Positions 20,289-29,597 of a stretch of 64,000 nt of DNA are shown piece after piece (positions within the stretch are counted from its first letter, which is position 1; every line of letters begins with the position of its first letter). This DNA comes from an uncultured Planctomycetia bacterium. GTDB lineage: Bacteria > Planctomycetota > Planctomycetia > Pirellulales > Thermoguttaceae. The position numbers and the translations under genes were made by a program. The DNA lies in NCBI GenBank assembly GCA_963719005.1, contig CAVRAR010000014.1, positions 1,392,901-1,456,900 on the forward strand, given 5' to 3'. Below the pieces are notes generated by a model. It had not been told where the DNA came from, did not search any database, and was given only the letters and a program-made list of their open reading frames with translations.

Positions 20289-20448
20289 GGACTCGCCGGA
20301 ACAGGATTGATTCAGCACAGCGGGGCGAGTGATGCCGCCACGCACCCCAGATTACGCACTCTTCCCATATCTCCTGACAACCGCACGAATCAGTGTGGAA
20401 CCTTTCCGCGATCCCCGCTACACTATGGCGGCGTGTCTAAATGCCCTT

Positions 20449-20541
20449 GCACGATCTCGGGAGGGAAAAAGGGGACAGGTCCAATTTGCCGGAACGGCCC
20501 GGAGGGTGCTTCGCACAAATTGGACCTGTCCCCTTTTTCCC
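20449..20541. repeat. roughly 90-bp palindromic repeat, family B copy 2
   Basis: Same sequence as 19238-19328 including the shared leader TTGCACG..CTCGG(G)AGGG. Direct-repeat orientation. Confidence 0.85.
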
Positions 20542-20586
20542 AGGATCACGCAAGTCTATTTAGCTTTCCGCTCTTGCCCCGTCAGC

Positions 20587-21993
20587 ATGGAGGTGGCGAT
20601 GTCTGGTTGGCCGTTTCGTTTCATCCATGCCAGCGACCTCCACCTGGAACGGCCGCTGATGGGCGTGGCCGAAGTGCCCGACCATCTCCGCGATCTGTTT
20701 CTCGAAGCCCCCTACACGGCGGCGCGACGGGTGTTCGACGCGGCATTAGTCGAGGATGTCAAATTCGTAGTTCTTTCGGGCGGTGTCGTTGCGCCGGGAG
20801 GTTCCGGTCCGCGGGGACCGTTGTTCCTGGCCGAGCAGTTCACCCGGCTGGCGGAACGGGGGATCGCCGTCTATTGGGCCGGCTCGGCGACCGATCCGCC
20901 GGAGGTCTGGCCGGCGTCCGTCCGGCTGCCGCAAAATGTTCATGTTTTCCCTCGGGGTCGAATCGAGGAACTGGTGGTGCAGGGCGATGGCGGGGCGAAC
21001 GTGAAGGGAAGCGTCAAGGGGGACAGTCCCATTTTCGCCGAGACGAAAATCGGGACAGTCCCCGACACGAAAACTGGGACAGTCCCCGGGCCGCTGGCGC
21101 GAGTGGCGGGCGTCAGTCGCGATGAGCGGCGACCCTGGCAGCCCACCGACTTCCAATCCGATCCCGCCGGTCTGTACACGATTGTCGTCGCCCACGGCCA
21201 GCCCGATCTAGCGGTGCTGCCAACCCGCGGGATTCACTATTGGGCCTTGGGCGGGCGGCACGATCGAAGCACGCCGCTGTGCGCCGCTGCCGGCGGCGTT
21301 TTGCACGCCAGCTTGGAGACCGCCCCGGTTTTGCCGCAATCATCGGGCACTTCGCAAGTGGCCCATTATTGCGGCACGCCACAAGGCCGGCGGCCCGAGG
21401 AGTGCGGCATTCACGGCTGCACGCTGGTGCAAGTCGACGAACAACGCCAGACGCGAACCAGCCTGATTCCGACCGACTCGGCGCGTTGGATCGGCGAGCG
21501 GCTGCTGATTGACGAAACCACGACGGCCGAGGAGTTGGAATCGCGGCTCCGCGAGCGCATGCACGCGCTGTTGGAAGCGACGCCGGCGGTGGCCCTGCTG
21601 ATCTCGTGGACGATCGCCGGCCGCGGCCCGCTGCTGGGCTCGCTGCGGCGCGGGGACGCGGCCGACGGGCTGCTCGATCGGCTCCGCGGCGACTACGGCT
21701 ATCGACAGCCGGCCGCGTGGAGCGTGGCGATCGAGGTCGAGCTGTCCGAAACGCTGCCGCCCGAATGGTACGAACAGGAGACGATTCGCGGCGACTTTCT
21801 GCGGGCGATTCGCCAGTTGCAGATGAACCCCGACGAGCCGCTGGCGTTGGAGCAATACCTGGCCGAGGCGCATCGGGCGGGCACGCTGGCCGCGGCGGTC
21901 GCCTTTCCCGGCAAGACGGCCCGCGACGGCGTTTTACGCGAGGCGGCGGCGCTGGGCGTCGATCTGCTCAGCGGCGAGGAGGCCCAGGCATGA
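20587..21993 (+). CDS. SbcD/YhaO-like calcineurin-type metallophosphoesterase (DNA repair exonuclease subunit)
   Basis: ..FRFIHASDLHLE.. phosphoesterase motif I. Stop overlaps the start of the downstream ATPase (ATGA). Carries an in-frame family-A palindrome insertion at 21018-21088. Confidence 0.7.
   Translation: MEVAMSGWPFRFIHASDLHLERPLMGVAEVPDHLRDLFLEAPYTAARRVFDAALVEDVKFVVLSGGVVAPGGSGPRGPLFLAEQFTRLAERGIAVYWAGSATDPPEVWPASVRLPQNVHVFPRGRIEELVVQGDGGANVKGSVKGDSPIFAETKIGTVPDTKTGTVPGPLARVAGVSRDERRPWQPTDFQSDPAGLYTIVVAHGQPDLAVLPTRGIHYWALGGRHDRSTPLCAAAGGVLHASLETAPVLPQSSGTSQVAHYCGTPQGRRPEECGIHGCTLVQVDEQRQTRTSLIPTDSARWIGERLLIDETTTAEELESRLRERMHALLEATPAVALLISWTIAGRGPLLGSLRRGDAADGLLDRLRGDYGYRQPAAWSVAIEVELSETLPPEWYEQETIRGDFLRAIRQLQMNPDEPLALEQYLAEAHRAGTLAAAVAFPGKTARDGVLREAAALGVDLLSGEEAQA
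21018..21088. repeat. palindromic element, family A (GGGGACAGTCCCATTTTCGCCGAGACGAAAATCGGGACAGTCCCC plus an extra half unit), in-frame inside the sbcD-like gene
   Basis: Hairpin seen directly. Translated in-frame as ..GDSPIFAETKIGTVPDTKTGTVPG... Confidence 0.85.
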
Positions 21994-24900
21994 AAATCAC
22001 GAACCTCGACGTCGATGGCTACGGCGTTTGGAGCGGCCTGCGGATCGAACGCTTCTCCGACGCCCTGAACGTCTTCTACGGGCCGAACGAGGCCGGCAAA
22101 ACGACGCTGCTGCAATTCATCCGCTCGATGCTCTACGGCTTTTCGCCGCAGCGGCAGCGAGTATTTGCCGCCGCTGCATGGCGGACGGCCCGGCGGAACG
22201 CTCGACGTGGCCGGACCGCACGGCCGCTTCCAGATCAGCCGCCACGATTCGGCCGCCGACGGCACGCCGGGCGAGCAGCTTACGCTGACCGCTCCCGACG
22301 GCACCCGGCAGGGCGAGCATTTCGTCAAGGTGCTGCTGTCGAACGTCGACGAAACGGTCTTCAACAACGTCTTCGCCGTCGGCCTGCGCGAAATCCAGGA
22401 GTTGGCCACGCTCGGCGACACCGAAGCAGCCGAACTGCTCTACAATCTCACCGCCGGGCTGGATCGCGTCTCGCTGGTCGAGGTGTTGCAGGAGTTGGAC
22501 GGCCTCGCGCAACCGCATCCTCGACGCCGCCGGCCGGCCGTGCCAGGTGCTGCAACTGCTGGCCGATTATGAGAAGCTTCGGGCGGAGATCGACGAGCTT
22601 GGCCGCGGTCGGCCATCGCTACGGTCACGTGGCCGCCGAACGCGAGCAACTGCACGCGGAAATCACGCAACTCGAAGAAGAAGCCAATCGCATCGAGCGG
22701 CTTGCCCGCGTGACCGACCTGGCCCTGGCGGTGCGCGACCGCTGGACGCAGCGGGCCGCGCTCGACGAGCAATTGTCGGCGATCGGGCCGCTGAAGATCA
22801 TGCCGGAAGCGGCCGTCGAGCGGCTCGACGCCCTCAACGCCCGAATCCAGAAGCACCAGGAACACCTCGACCGCTTCGCCCGGCAGAGCGAGGCGCTTGC
22901 GGAGCGAATTCGCCGGGCTGGCCGTCAACGAGTCGCTCTGGCGTCAGGCCGCGCGGATCGAGGCGTTCAAGGAACAAGAGCCGTGGATCGCGCAGTTGCA
23001 GGGCCAGATCGGCGAGCTGGAGAAGGAAATCGCCGGCCTCGGCGCGGAATTGACCGCCGAGAGCGAGCGGCTGGGGCTGGGCGCTGAGAGCGTCAAAGAG
23101 TGCGGCGAAGGGGACAGTCCCATTTTCGCTGACACGAAAATCGGGACAGTCCCCCTGCTGCCGGAGATTTCGGCCAAGCGGCTTGCGTCGCTTCGATTGC
23201 CGGCCAAGTTGGTGCAACAGGCGCGACGGCGATTGCAGGAGGCGCGGCAAGCGGCCGCGCGGGCCGCCGACAACGTTCACGCGCTCGCCGAGCAGATCGA
23301 AACGGCCCTGGCCGAGCATGGCCAATCGAACCTGACTTCCGCCCTGGACGCCGCGGGCAATCTCGTCTCGCAGTACCGCCGCCGCGTGCAGATCGACGAG
23401 CGGCTCGACCAGTTGGCTCGCCATCGGACCGAACTGGAGGAGCGGAGCCGCAATTGCAGCGACCGGCAACTGCTGCCCGTCAATACGTTGGTCTGGACTT
23501 GGCGCCATGTTCGTCGTCGGCATGGTGCTTGGTGCTGGCGGGGCTCTTCCTGTCGGGCCCGATCACCGGCGGGATCGGCTGGGGATTGGTAGTGGTGGGG
23601 CTTGGCGGCATCGGGGCGGCCGTCGGCAGCAAGACGTTGATCGAACGCTCGAACGCCAAGCAACTCGAAGCCTGCCAGAAGCAACTCGCCACGCTGAAAT
23701 CGCAGGTCGAGCAGACCGAGGACGACCGCGATACTTTGGACGCCCAACTGCCGCGCGGCGGAGGGCCGATCGTCAGCCGGCTTCAGACCGCGGAGAGCGA
23801 CTTGGCTGCCTTGGAGGCAATCGCGCTCGCAGGACGCCCGGCGCGCCGCAGCACAGCAAGACGCCGACGTCGCCGCACGCCGGGCGGACGAGGCGGAGCA
23901 GTCGCTCAAGACCGCGCGACGACGCTGGCGCGAGGCGCTGGCCGCGGCGGGACTTCCCGAACACAATCGCCCCGAAACAGGCTCGCCGGCTGGTCGAGCG
24001 CGGCGATTGGATCGCCGAAACGCAGCGGCGTCTTGCGCAGCGCCGCGAGGAAGCTCGCCCGGCGGCAAGCGGAATTGGATTCCTTCGCGGCCCGGGTCGT
24101 TCAACTTGCCGCGGATGCAGGGGTGTCGCTCGCCTCGCTCACCTTGCTCGACCAGTTGAGCGAGCTTGCCGAGGCCGCCGCGCGGCAGGCGACGTTTGTC
24201 GAGCGCCGCGAGGAGATTCGCCGTCAAGCGGCGGCGCCTTCGTGCCGGACAAAGCAAGCACGAGGAGGCGATCGGCCGCCAGAAACACCGCCGCCGGCAG
24301 TTGTTCATCGAGGTCGGCGTCAAGGACGAGCAGGAGTTCCGCCAGCGGGCGTTGGAGTGCGCCAGGACCGACGTGCTGCGGCGGCAACGCGAGGCGGTCG
24401 CCCACGACATCGAAGCGGCGCTGGCCTCGCAATGCTCCGAAGACGCAATTCGACAGCAGTTGGAAGCCGACTATCCCGGCCTGCTCGAGGGGCGATCGGG
24501 CGAGTTGCGGCAGCGGCTGGCCGGCATCCAGGAGCAACTGCACGGGCTGCTGGAGAAGCGCGGCCGGCTGAGCGGGCAATTGGAATCGCTGGCCGCCGAC
24601 CGGCGAATGGCCTCGAAGCAACTCGATCTGGCCGTGCTGGAAAAGCGGCTCGAAGACGCCGTGCACCGTTGGCAAGTGCTGGCCACAACCTGCCGCATCC
24701 TCGACGTGATCCGCGAGGCCTACCAGCAGCATCGCCAGCCGGAGACGTTGCAGGAGGCATCCGTCTATCTCGACCGGCTGACGCAAGGGCATTACCGGCG
24801 GGTGTGGACGCCGCTGGGCGATCGCTCGCTGCGGGTTGACGACGCCGAGGGGCGAGCCTTGCCGGTCGAGTCGCTCAGCCGCGGCACGCGCGAGCAGCTT

Positions 24901-25395
24901 TTCCTGAGTCTGCGGCTGGCCTTGGCGAGTTCGTACGCCCGGCGAGGGTCGCCGCTGCCGCTGGTGCTCGACGACGTGCTGGTGAACTTCGACGCCGAGC
25001 GGGCGAAGGCGGCGGCCGCCGTTTTGCGCGATTTCGCCGCCGAAGGGCATCAACTGCTCGTCTTCACCTGCCACGAACACATCCTCAAGTTGTTCAAGTC
25101 GCTGAAGGTTCCGGTCAGCCAATTGCCCAACAACGCCGAGCCCGGCCCGGCGGTCATCGTGTTGCGGCCGCAGGGCGACGATGACGAGAAACCGAAGCGC
25201 GAGAAGCCGCCGCGTCCGCGGCGCAAGACGGCGGCCAAGCAAGAGATACCCGGGCCGGATGACGACGGATTCCGCGAGGACGGCGGGGAAGAGGAGATCG
25301 GGGACGTGGACGAAGTCGCCGACGAGGACGATTCGCTCTGGGAAGGCGAAGAGGACGAGAGATTCGGCGAGCTCGACGACAGCGCGGCGGCGTAA
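21991..25395 (+). CDS. SbcC/YhaN-like SMC-type AAA ATPase, about 1130 aa, several frameshifts
   Basis: N-terminal Walker A YGPNEAGKTTLLQFI. Long coiled-coil middle. C-terminal ..LVLDDVLVNFDAERAKAA..LLVFTCHEHIL (Walker B/D-loop/H-loop). Frame changes near 22150, 22550, 22900, 23500 and 24200. Confidence 0.7.
23109..23156. repeat. palindromic element family A, in-frame inside the sbcC-like gene
   Basis: GGGGACAGTCCCATTTTCGCTGACACGAAAATCGGGACAGTCCCCC, translated as ..GEGDSPIFADTKIGTVPLL... Confidence 0.85.
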
Positions 25396-25445
25396 GAACC
25401 TTAGTTTTGCCTAAACCGCCGCATCACATCCCGACCCTACCCGCC

Positions 25446-25522
25446 GTGTGCCACTGCTTGGAACAAGCAGTGCCGGGGCAGCAGGTTACGCCCCACACTG
25501 CTTCTGCGAAGCAGTGGCACAC
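25446..25522. repeat. palindromic element family C (GTGTGCCACTGCTTGGAACAAGCAGTGCC..CACTGCTTCTGCGAAGCAGTGGCACAC), intergenic between convergent genes
   Basis: Near-perfect 77-bp palindrome. Second copy at 38847-38923 lies inside a CDS. Could act as a bidirectional terminator here. Confidence 0.8.
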
Positions 25523-25558
25523 TGGTGGCCAATATCGCTGCACGGCGAGAAATGCGGG

Positions 25559-26599
25559 CTAATCTTTCGCCGGGAGCAGCCCTCGGCGCTTCAGGAATTG
25601 CAGGATCGCCTCGGCGGCGTAGCGATGCCCTTGGTCGTTGGGATGGTAGAGGTCGCGGCCGAGGGCCGAGAGACGGCCGTGCCGGCGCAACTGCGGCAGG
25701 AGATCGAGGTACTCCACGCCGATCGCGTCCAACAGGCCCTTCACGTACGTCAATTCGGTCTGTGCGTTGCCGTCGTCGAACAACGGGAACAGAACGACGA
25801 AGAACGGAATCCGCGTGGTGCGCGAGTTGTCGCGAAACCAAACAAACGCCGTCCGCTGTTGGTCGTTGCCGGGCAACTGAACGCCGCCGTTGAGGCTCGG
25901 CGAGTCGGAGGTGTGATCCCGCAAGAGCCAGAGAAGCCGCGATTGAAGGAAACCGGCTCCGTCGCCGGAGAAATCCGGCCGCCCTACGCGCGTTCCCACC
26001 AGCTCGTACTCCGGCCACTCGTTGTTGGGCCACGGCCGGCCCGGATCTCTTTTCTTCAACGACATCACGTCGGCGTCGTTCGAGCAGCATTCCAAGAGGA
26101 GCACGTCGGTCTGAATCTGCCGCCAGCCGTCGCGATAAAAATGCATCTCTTGCCACGTGTTGTATCCGCCGACGCCCAACGGCAGCACCTCGACCTTCCG
26201 GCCGGGCAGTTCCTTCGCGACCGCGGAGCGGAGAAAATCGGTGTAGTTGACGAATCCCGGCAGGTTCCACTCCTCGGTCAGCGAATCGCCCACGGCCACG
26301 ACGCGGAACGTATCGGCCGGCTTGCGGAAGGAGAACTTCCGCAGCCGGTTGTCGGGGTAATGCACCGCCAGCGAACCCTTCCCGTCCGTCTCGAAGCCGC
26401 TGAAGGTGTAGTAAAGCGGGGAGTCAGGGTTCAGCGTCGGGCTGAAGTAGCCGGAGTTTCGCTGGATCGTATAGCGGATCGTAGTCCTCGGCGGGAAGAA
26501 GATCCGTGCGGCGATCTCCGCAGCCAGGAGCGCGAAGAACACGCCCGCCACGGCGGCCGCCAGGCGAAAGAGCCATTTCTTGACTTTCGGCGCGTTCAT
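25559..26599 (-). CDS. SGNH/GDSL-family hydrolase with N-terminal TM anchor
   Basis: ..VVAVGDSLTEE.. (GDS(L) block I) and ..LYHPNDQGH.. (block V, DxxH). Start MNAPKVKKWLF.. chosen because the upstream part of the ORF is read-through. Confidence 0.7.
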   Translation of the reverse strand: MNAPKVKKWLFRLAAAVAGVFFALLAAEIAARIFFPPRTTIRYTIQRNSGYFSPTLNPDSPLYYTFSGFETDGKGSLAVHYPDNRLRKFSFRKPADTFRVVAVGDSLTEEWNLPGFVNYTDFLRSAVAKELPGRKVEVLPLGVGGYNTWQEMHFYRDGWRQIQTDVLLLECCSNDADVMSLKKRDPGRPWPNNEWPEYELVGTRVGRPDFSGDGAGFLQSRLLWLLRDHTSDSPSLNGGVQLPGNDQQRTAFVWFRDNSRTTRIPFFVVLFPLFDDGNAQTELTYVKGLLDAIGVEYLDLLPQLRRHGRLSALGRDLYHPNDQGHRYAAEAILQFLKRRGLLPAKD

Positions 26600-26756
26600 C
26601 GCCGGCAAACTTCTCCATGCGGCATTGCAGGGCAAGGGGCCGTCCCCATAAGGCGGCCGCGACCAACGGGTTTCTACACCGGCGCAGCGGCGATTGTCAA
26701 GAACGGCGCGCAGCGAGATTTCCGCAGGAGGACTGCAAAGTCGAGAAATTGATCGT

Positions 26757-26785
26757 GGCACGGGCATCCTGCCCGTGCATCACGG
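26757..26785. promoter_or_regulatory. perfect 9-bp inverted repeat GCACGGGCA-tcc-TGCCCGTGC overlapping a TGGCAC hexamer, in divergent intergenic DNA
   Basis: Seen directly. Candidate operator or hairpin. Resemblance to a sigma-54 -24 element is weak because the -12 TTGC is absent. Confidence 0.3.
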
Positions 26786-26843
26786 CCGGGATGGCCGTGC
26801 CACCAAGCACTTCGCAGTCCCGCCGGAGACTCCCGGCGGTTGC

Positions 26844-26906
26844 TTGTTGCGGCGTCAAAAACGAGCTATAATTTAGGGCATTGGGTAGCGAACGTCTTGC
26901 GTTCGC
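26844..26906 (+). promoter_or_regulatory. candidate sigma-70 promoter (TTGTTG, 17 nt, TATAAT at 26867-26872) followed by a perfect palindrome GCGAACGTCTTGCGTTCGC (26888-26906)
   Basis: Seen directly, about 45 nt upstream of the 26949 start. Palindrome position suggests an operator. Confidence 0.35.
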
Positions 26907-26948
26907 GGCAAACACGTTTCTGAAATAGTCGATTCAACGAGGCATGTC

Positions 26949-27944
26949 ATGGTGAAAACGTTGCTTGCGGTAACGGCGCTCTTTTTCGCGGTTTCGGTCG
27001 CGCGGGGCGGGGAGATTGTCTTGTCGGCGGGAATGTCCCGCGCCGACGCGGTGGCGATGCTCGCCGGCGTCGCCATCGATATGGGCCCATTCATCGACGT
27101 CGCTTCACCGACCGGCGAAAAGCCCAAGCTGGTCTGTTGGGAAGTGAAACACAACGGCGCCGTCATTTGGCTCTACGAAACGATCGACGGGAAGATCTGG
27201 GCGTTTGGATACTGGCCGAAAGAGGCGTTTCAAGTCAGCCTGCGGCAAGCGAGAGCCCGCGAGCAAATGGTCGGCCGGATTACGATCGACACCGACAAGA
27301 ACACCGTCAAGGTCGAGAAATCGCCGGACTACTTCGCCGGCAATGCGCCCGACCCGGTAACGGGAGCGACTTGCGGCGACCTGCTTGCCGATCTGAAGGA
27401 GCCGATCCTCGCCGGGAAAGAAAAAGACACGAAGGTTTCCGCACTTCGCGTGCTGTATTTCTCTTGCGATCCGGCGCACCGCGCCGTGGTGCGCTACGAA
27501 ACCAGGGGAGATCGCTGCTACCGGCGTTCCATCCGGCTGAACGAGCAAACGTCGGGCAAGAAGGCGAAAGCGAAAGAGGTCGAGGCGCCGAAGAAGGAGT
27601 TGGAGAACCTGATGGCAGCGTTGGGGAAGACCGGTTTCGGGAAGATGCCAAAAGACGACGGCGTCAATGCCCCGGAACCATCGTCGGATCAGGACAACTC
27701 AGGCTCGCACGGAACGCTCTTCGTCATCGAGGCGATCAACGGAGGCAAGTATCTGGCACGAATGCGTTTGGGCCCGTGGTACCAGACCGAAGAACGAGGG
27801 CTTCTCCCCTTCGTGCAGTTTTACACGAAGGTCTTTCAAGAGGCGGGGGCGTGGAAGCAGCCCGAGAAGAAAACAGAGAAAAAGCCAGGTACGAAGGCAG
27901 ATAAGAAGGCGGGTAAGAAAGCGGAGACGAAGGCGGGCAAGTAG
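26949..27944 (+). CDS. secreted hypothetical protein with Lys-rich C-terminal tail
   Basis: Signal peptide MVKTLLAVTALFFAVSVARG. No recognisable domain. C-terminal KKTEKKPGTKADKKAGKKAETKAGK. Confidence 0.45.
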   Translation: MVKTLLAVTALFFAVSVARGGEIVLSAGMSRADAVAMLAGVAIDMGPFIDVASPTGEKPKLVCWEVKHNGAVIWLYETIDGKIWAFGYWPKEAFQVSLRQARAREQMVGRITIDTDKNTVKVEKSPDYFAGNAPDPVTGATCGDLLADLKEPILAGKEKDTKVSALRVLYFSCDPAHRAVVRYETRGDRCYRRSIRLNEQTSGKKAKAKEVEAPKKELENLMAALGKTGFGKMPKDDGVNAPEPSSDQDNSGSHGTLFVIEAINGGKYLARMRLGPWYQTEERGLLPFVQFYTKVFQEAGAWKQPEKKTEKKPGTKADKKAGKKAETKAGK

Positions 27945-28029
27945 GACGCAAGTCCCTGCAACCGTTCACATCTGCTTCTACCGTCGCATGCGCGAGAAGC
28001 ACGAAGTCACGCCCCTCCCCGCGCCACGC

Positions 28030-29175
28030 TCATTTTCGCCAGGCTCGCTCGATTTCGGCGGCCAGCGGAGACCGGGGTGCAATGCCGCACACGTTTTCCA
28101 GCACTTTCGATAGTCCCTGCTTGGCTAGTTGTTCGGAAAGCGCGACCGACTGCGGGTCTTTCGGATGGCAGTAGCGCAGCGCCGCCGCAATGGCGTGGAC
28201 GATCTCGCCGCGCGGCAAGCCGTACTCGACGGCCAGCGAGGCGGGGGCGACCAATCGCTCGCGCGGCGAGAGCTTGCGGATCGGATCGCGAATCACCCGC
28301 AACACCTCGTCGCGCATCTCGGCTATCGCGCCCCGTCGGCAGAGGTCTTGCTTGTAATGGTCGATCGACTCCGCCGAAAAGCCCCATTTTTGCCGCACGA
28401 CCTCGCCTAGCTCGTCGAGCGCCGCGACCACGTGCCCGGCTACCTCCGGATCGGCCACGGCCTCGTGGATGTAGCGATGCCCGCGATGGAAGGCGAGGTA
28501 GCCGCACGTGGCATGACCGCCGTTATGGATAAAGAGCTTTCGTTCGAGCCGGGCCGTCTGGTTGTCGACCAGTTCGAGGGCCGAAAGGGCCGTCGGCTTC
28601 TCGCCGCGGAAAGACTCGCGGCGGACGGTCCATTCGTTGTAGTCTTCGGCGACGATCCTCAGCGGATCGGGCTCGGGCCGAGGGACGACGCGGCTGATCA
28701 TGCAGTCGGGAAAGCCGGCATTCGCTTCGCACCAGTCGAGATCTGCGCCGCCGAGGTGCGTGCGAACGTGCCGCCCGAGCTGCGTCGAGCTATCCATCAT
28801 GTTCTCGCAGGCGATGCAATTCAGCGGCGTCGTGCGGCCGGCGCAGGCGCAGGCCGAAATGCCCAGGGCAAGCGTTTTGGCCACGTCGTGCAGATTCTGA
28901 TCGAATACGGCCGTGAGCACGAGCCGGGCGTCGCGGATTTCCTCGGCCACCGCCGCCCGATCGAGCGAATGATGGACGCGGTAGCCGGATACGACGATCT
29001 CCTGCGGCTGGTCGCCGAAGATTTTGACCGTGTAGCGGCCCTGCCGGCGGAGGGCCTCGACCAACGGCGTCTTTTCATCGACGAAGACGATCTCGAAGCC
29101 GGCCTGCCAGGCCAGCAGCCCGACGTGTCCTCGTCCCGTGGCGCCCGCACCAAAAAGTACGATCTTATCCGTCAT
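28030..29175 (-). CDS. mannitol dehydrogenase family protein (mannitol-1-phosphate 5-dehydrogenase-like)
   Basis: N-terminal Rossmann ..IVLFGAGATGRGHVG.. as in MtlD (..LHFGAGNIGRGFIG..). 381 aa. Confidence 0.65.
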   Translation of the reverse strand: MTDKIVLFGAGATGRGHVGLLAWQAGFEIVFVDEKTPLVEALRRQGRYTVKIFGDQPQEIVVSGYRVHHSLDRAAVAEEIRDARLVLTAVFDQNLHDVAKTLALGISACACAGRTTPLNCIACENMMDSSTQLGRHVRTHLGGADLDWCEANAGFPDCMISRVVPRPEPDPLRIVAEDYNEWTVRRESFRGEKPTALSALELVDNQTARLERKLFIHNGGHATCGYLAFHRGHRYIHEAVADPEVAGHVVAALDELGEVVRQKWGFSAESIDHYKQDLCRRGAIAEMRDEVLRVIRDPIRKLSPRERLVAPASLAVEYGLPRGEIVHAIAAALRYCHPKDPQSVALSEQLAKQGLSKVLENVCGIAPRSPLAAEIERAWRK

Positions 29176-29243
29176 ATTTCTACCGCTGGGATTATGGTTC
29201 CCACGCCCTACATTGTCGGCAACCTGAAAAGCTGTAAACGATG

Positions 29244-29597
29244 TTAGCGATGGTAATCGTCCTCGACCCGCACCACGTCATCCAACTCGGGCGTGCTGAC
29301 TTCCAGAATCCGAACGTCCTCGACGGCGGTGGCGCGGTGCTTGCGGCCCGGCTTGTTCTCGACGACGTCGCCCGGATGGAGCGTCAGGGTCGTCATTTTC
29401 CCCGATTCGTCCTCCCACTCCATTTGCAACACGCCGGAATCGACGTAGATGTGTTCGTGCTTGCGAACGTGGTACTGGAGGCTCGATCGGGTGCCCGCCT
29501 TGATCTCGATGATCTTGAAGGCGTACTTGTCGGTGTGGGCCACCCAGCGTTCGCATCCCCACGGCTTTTCCACGAGTTTGATCGGCGGATGATTCAT
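29244..29597 (-). CDS. cupin-domain protein (mannose-6-phosphate-isomerase type II-like small cupin)
   Basis: ..EKPWGCERW.. and a His-containing ..LQYHVRKHEHIYV.. cupin motif. 117 aa. Confidence 0.6.
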   Translation of the reverse strand: MNHPPIKLVEKPWGCERWVAHTDKYAFKIIEIKAGTRSSLQYHVRKHEHIYVDSGVLQMEWEDESGKMTTLTLHPGDVVENKPGRKHRATAVEDVRILEVSTPELDDVVRVEDDYHR

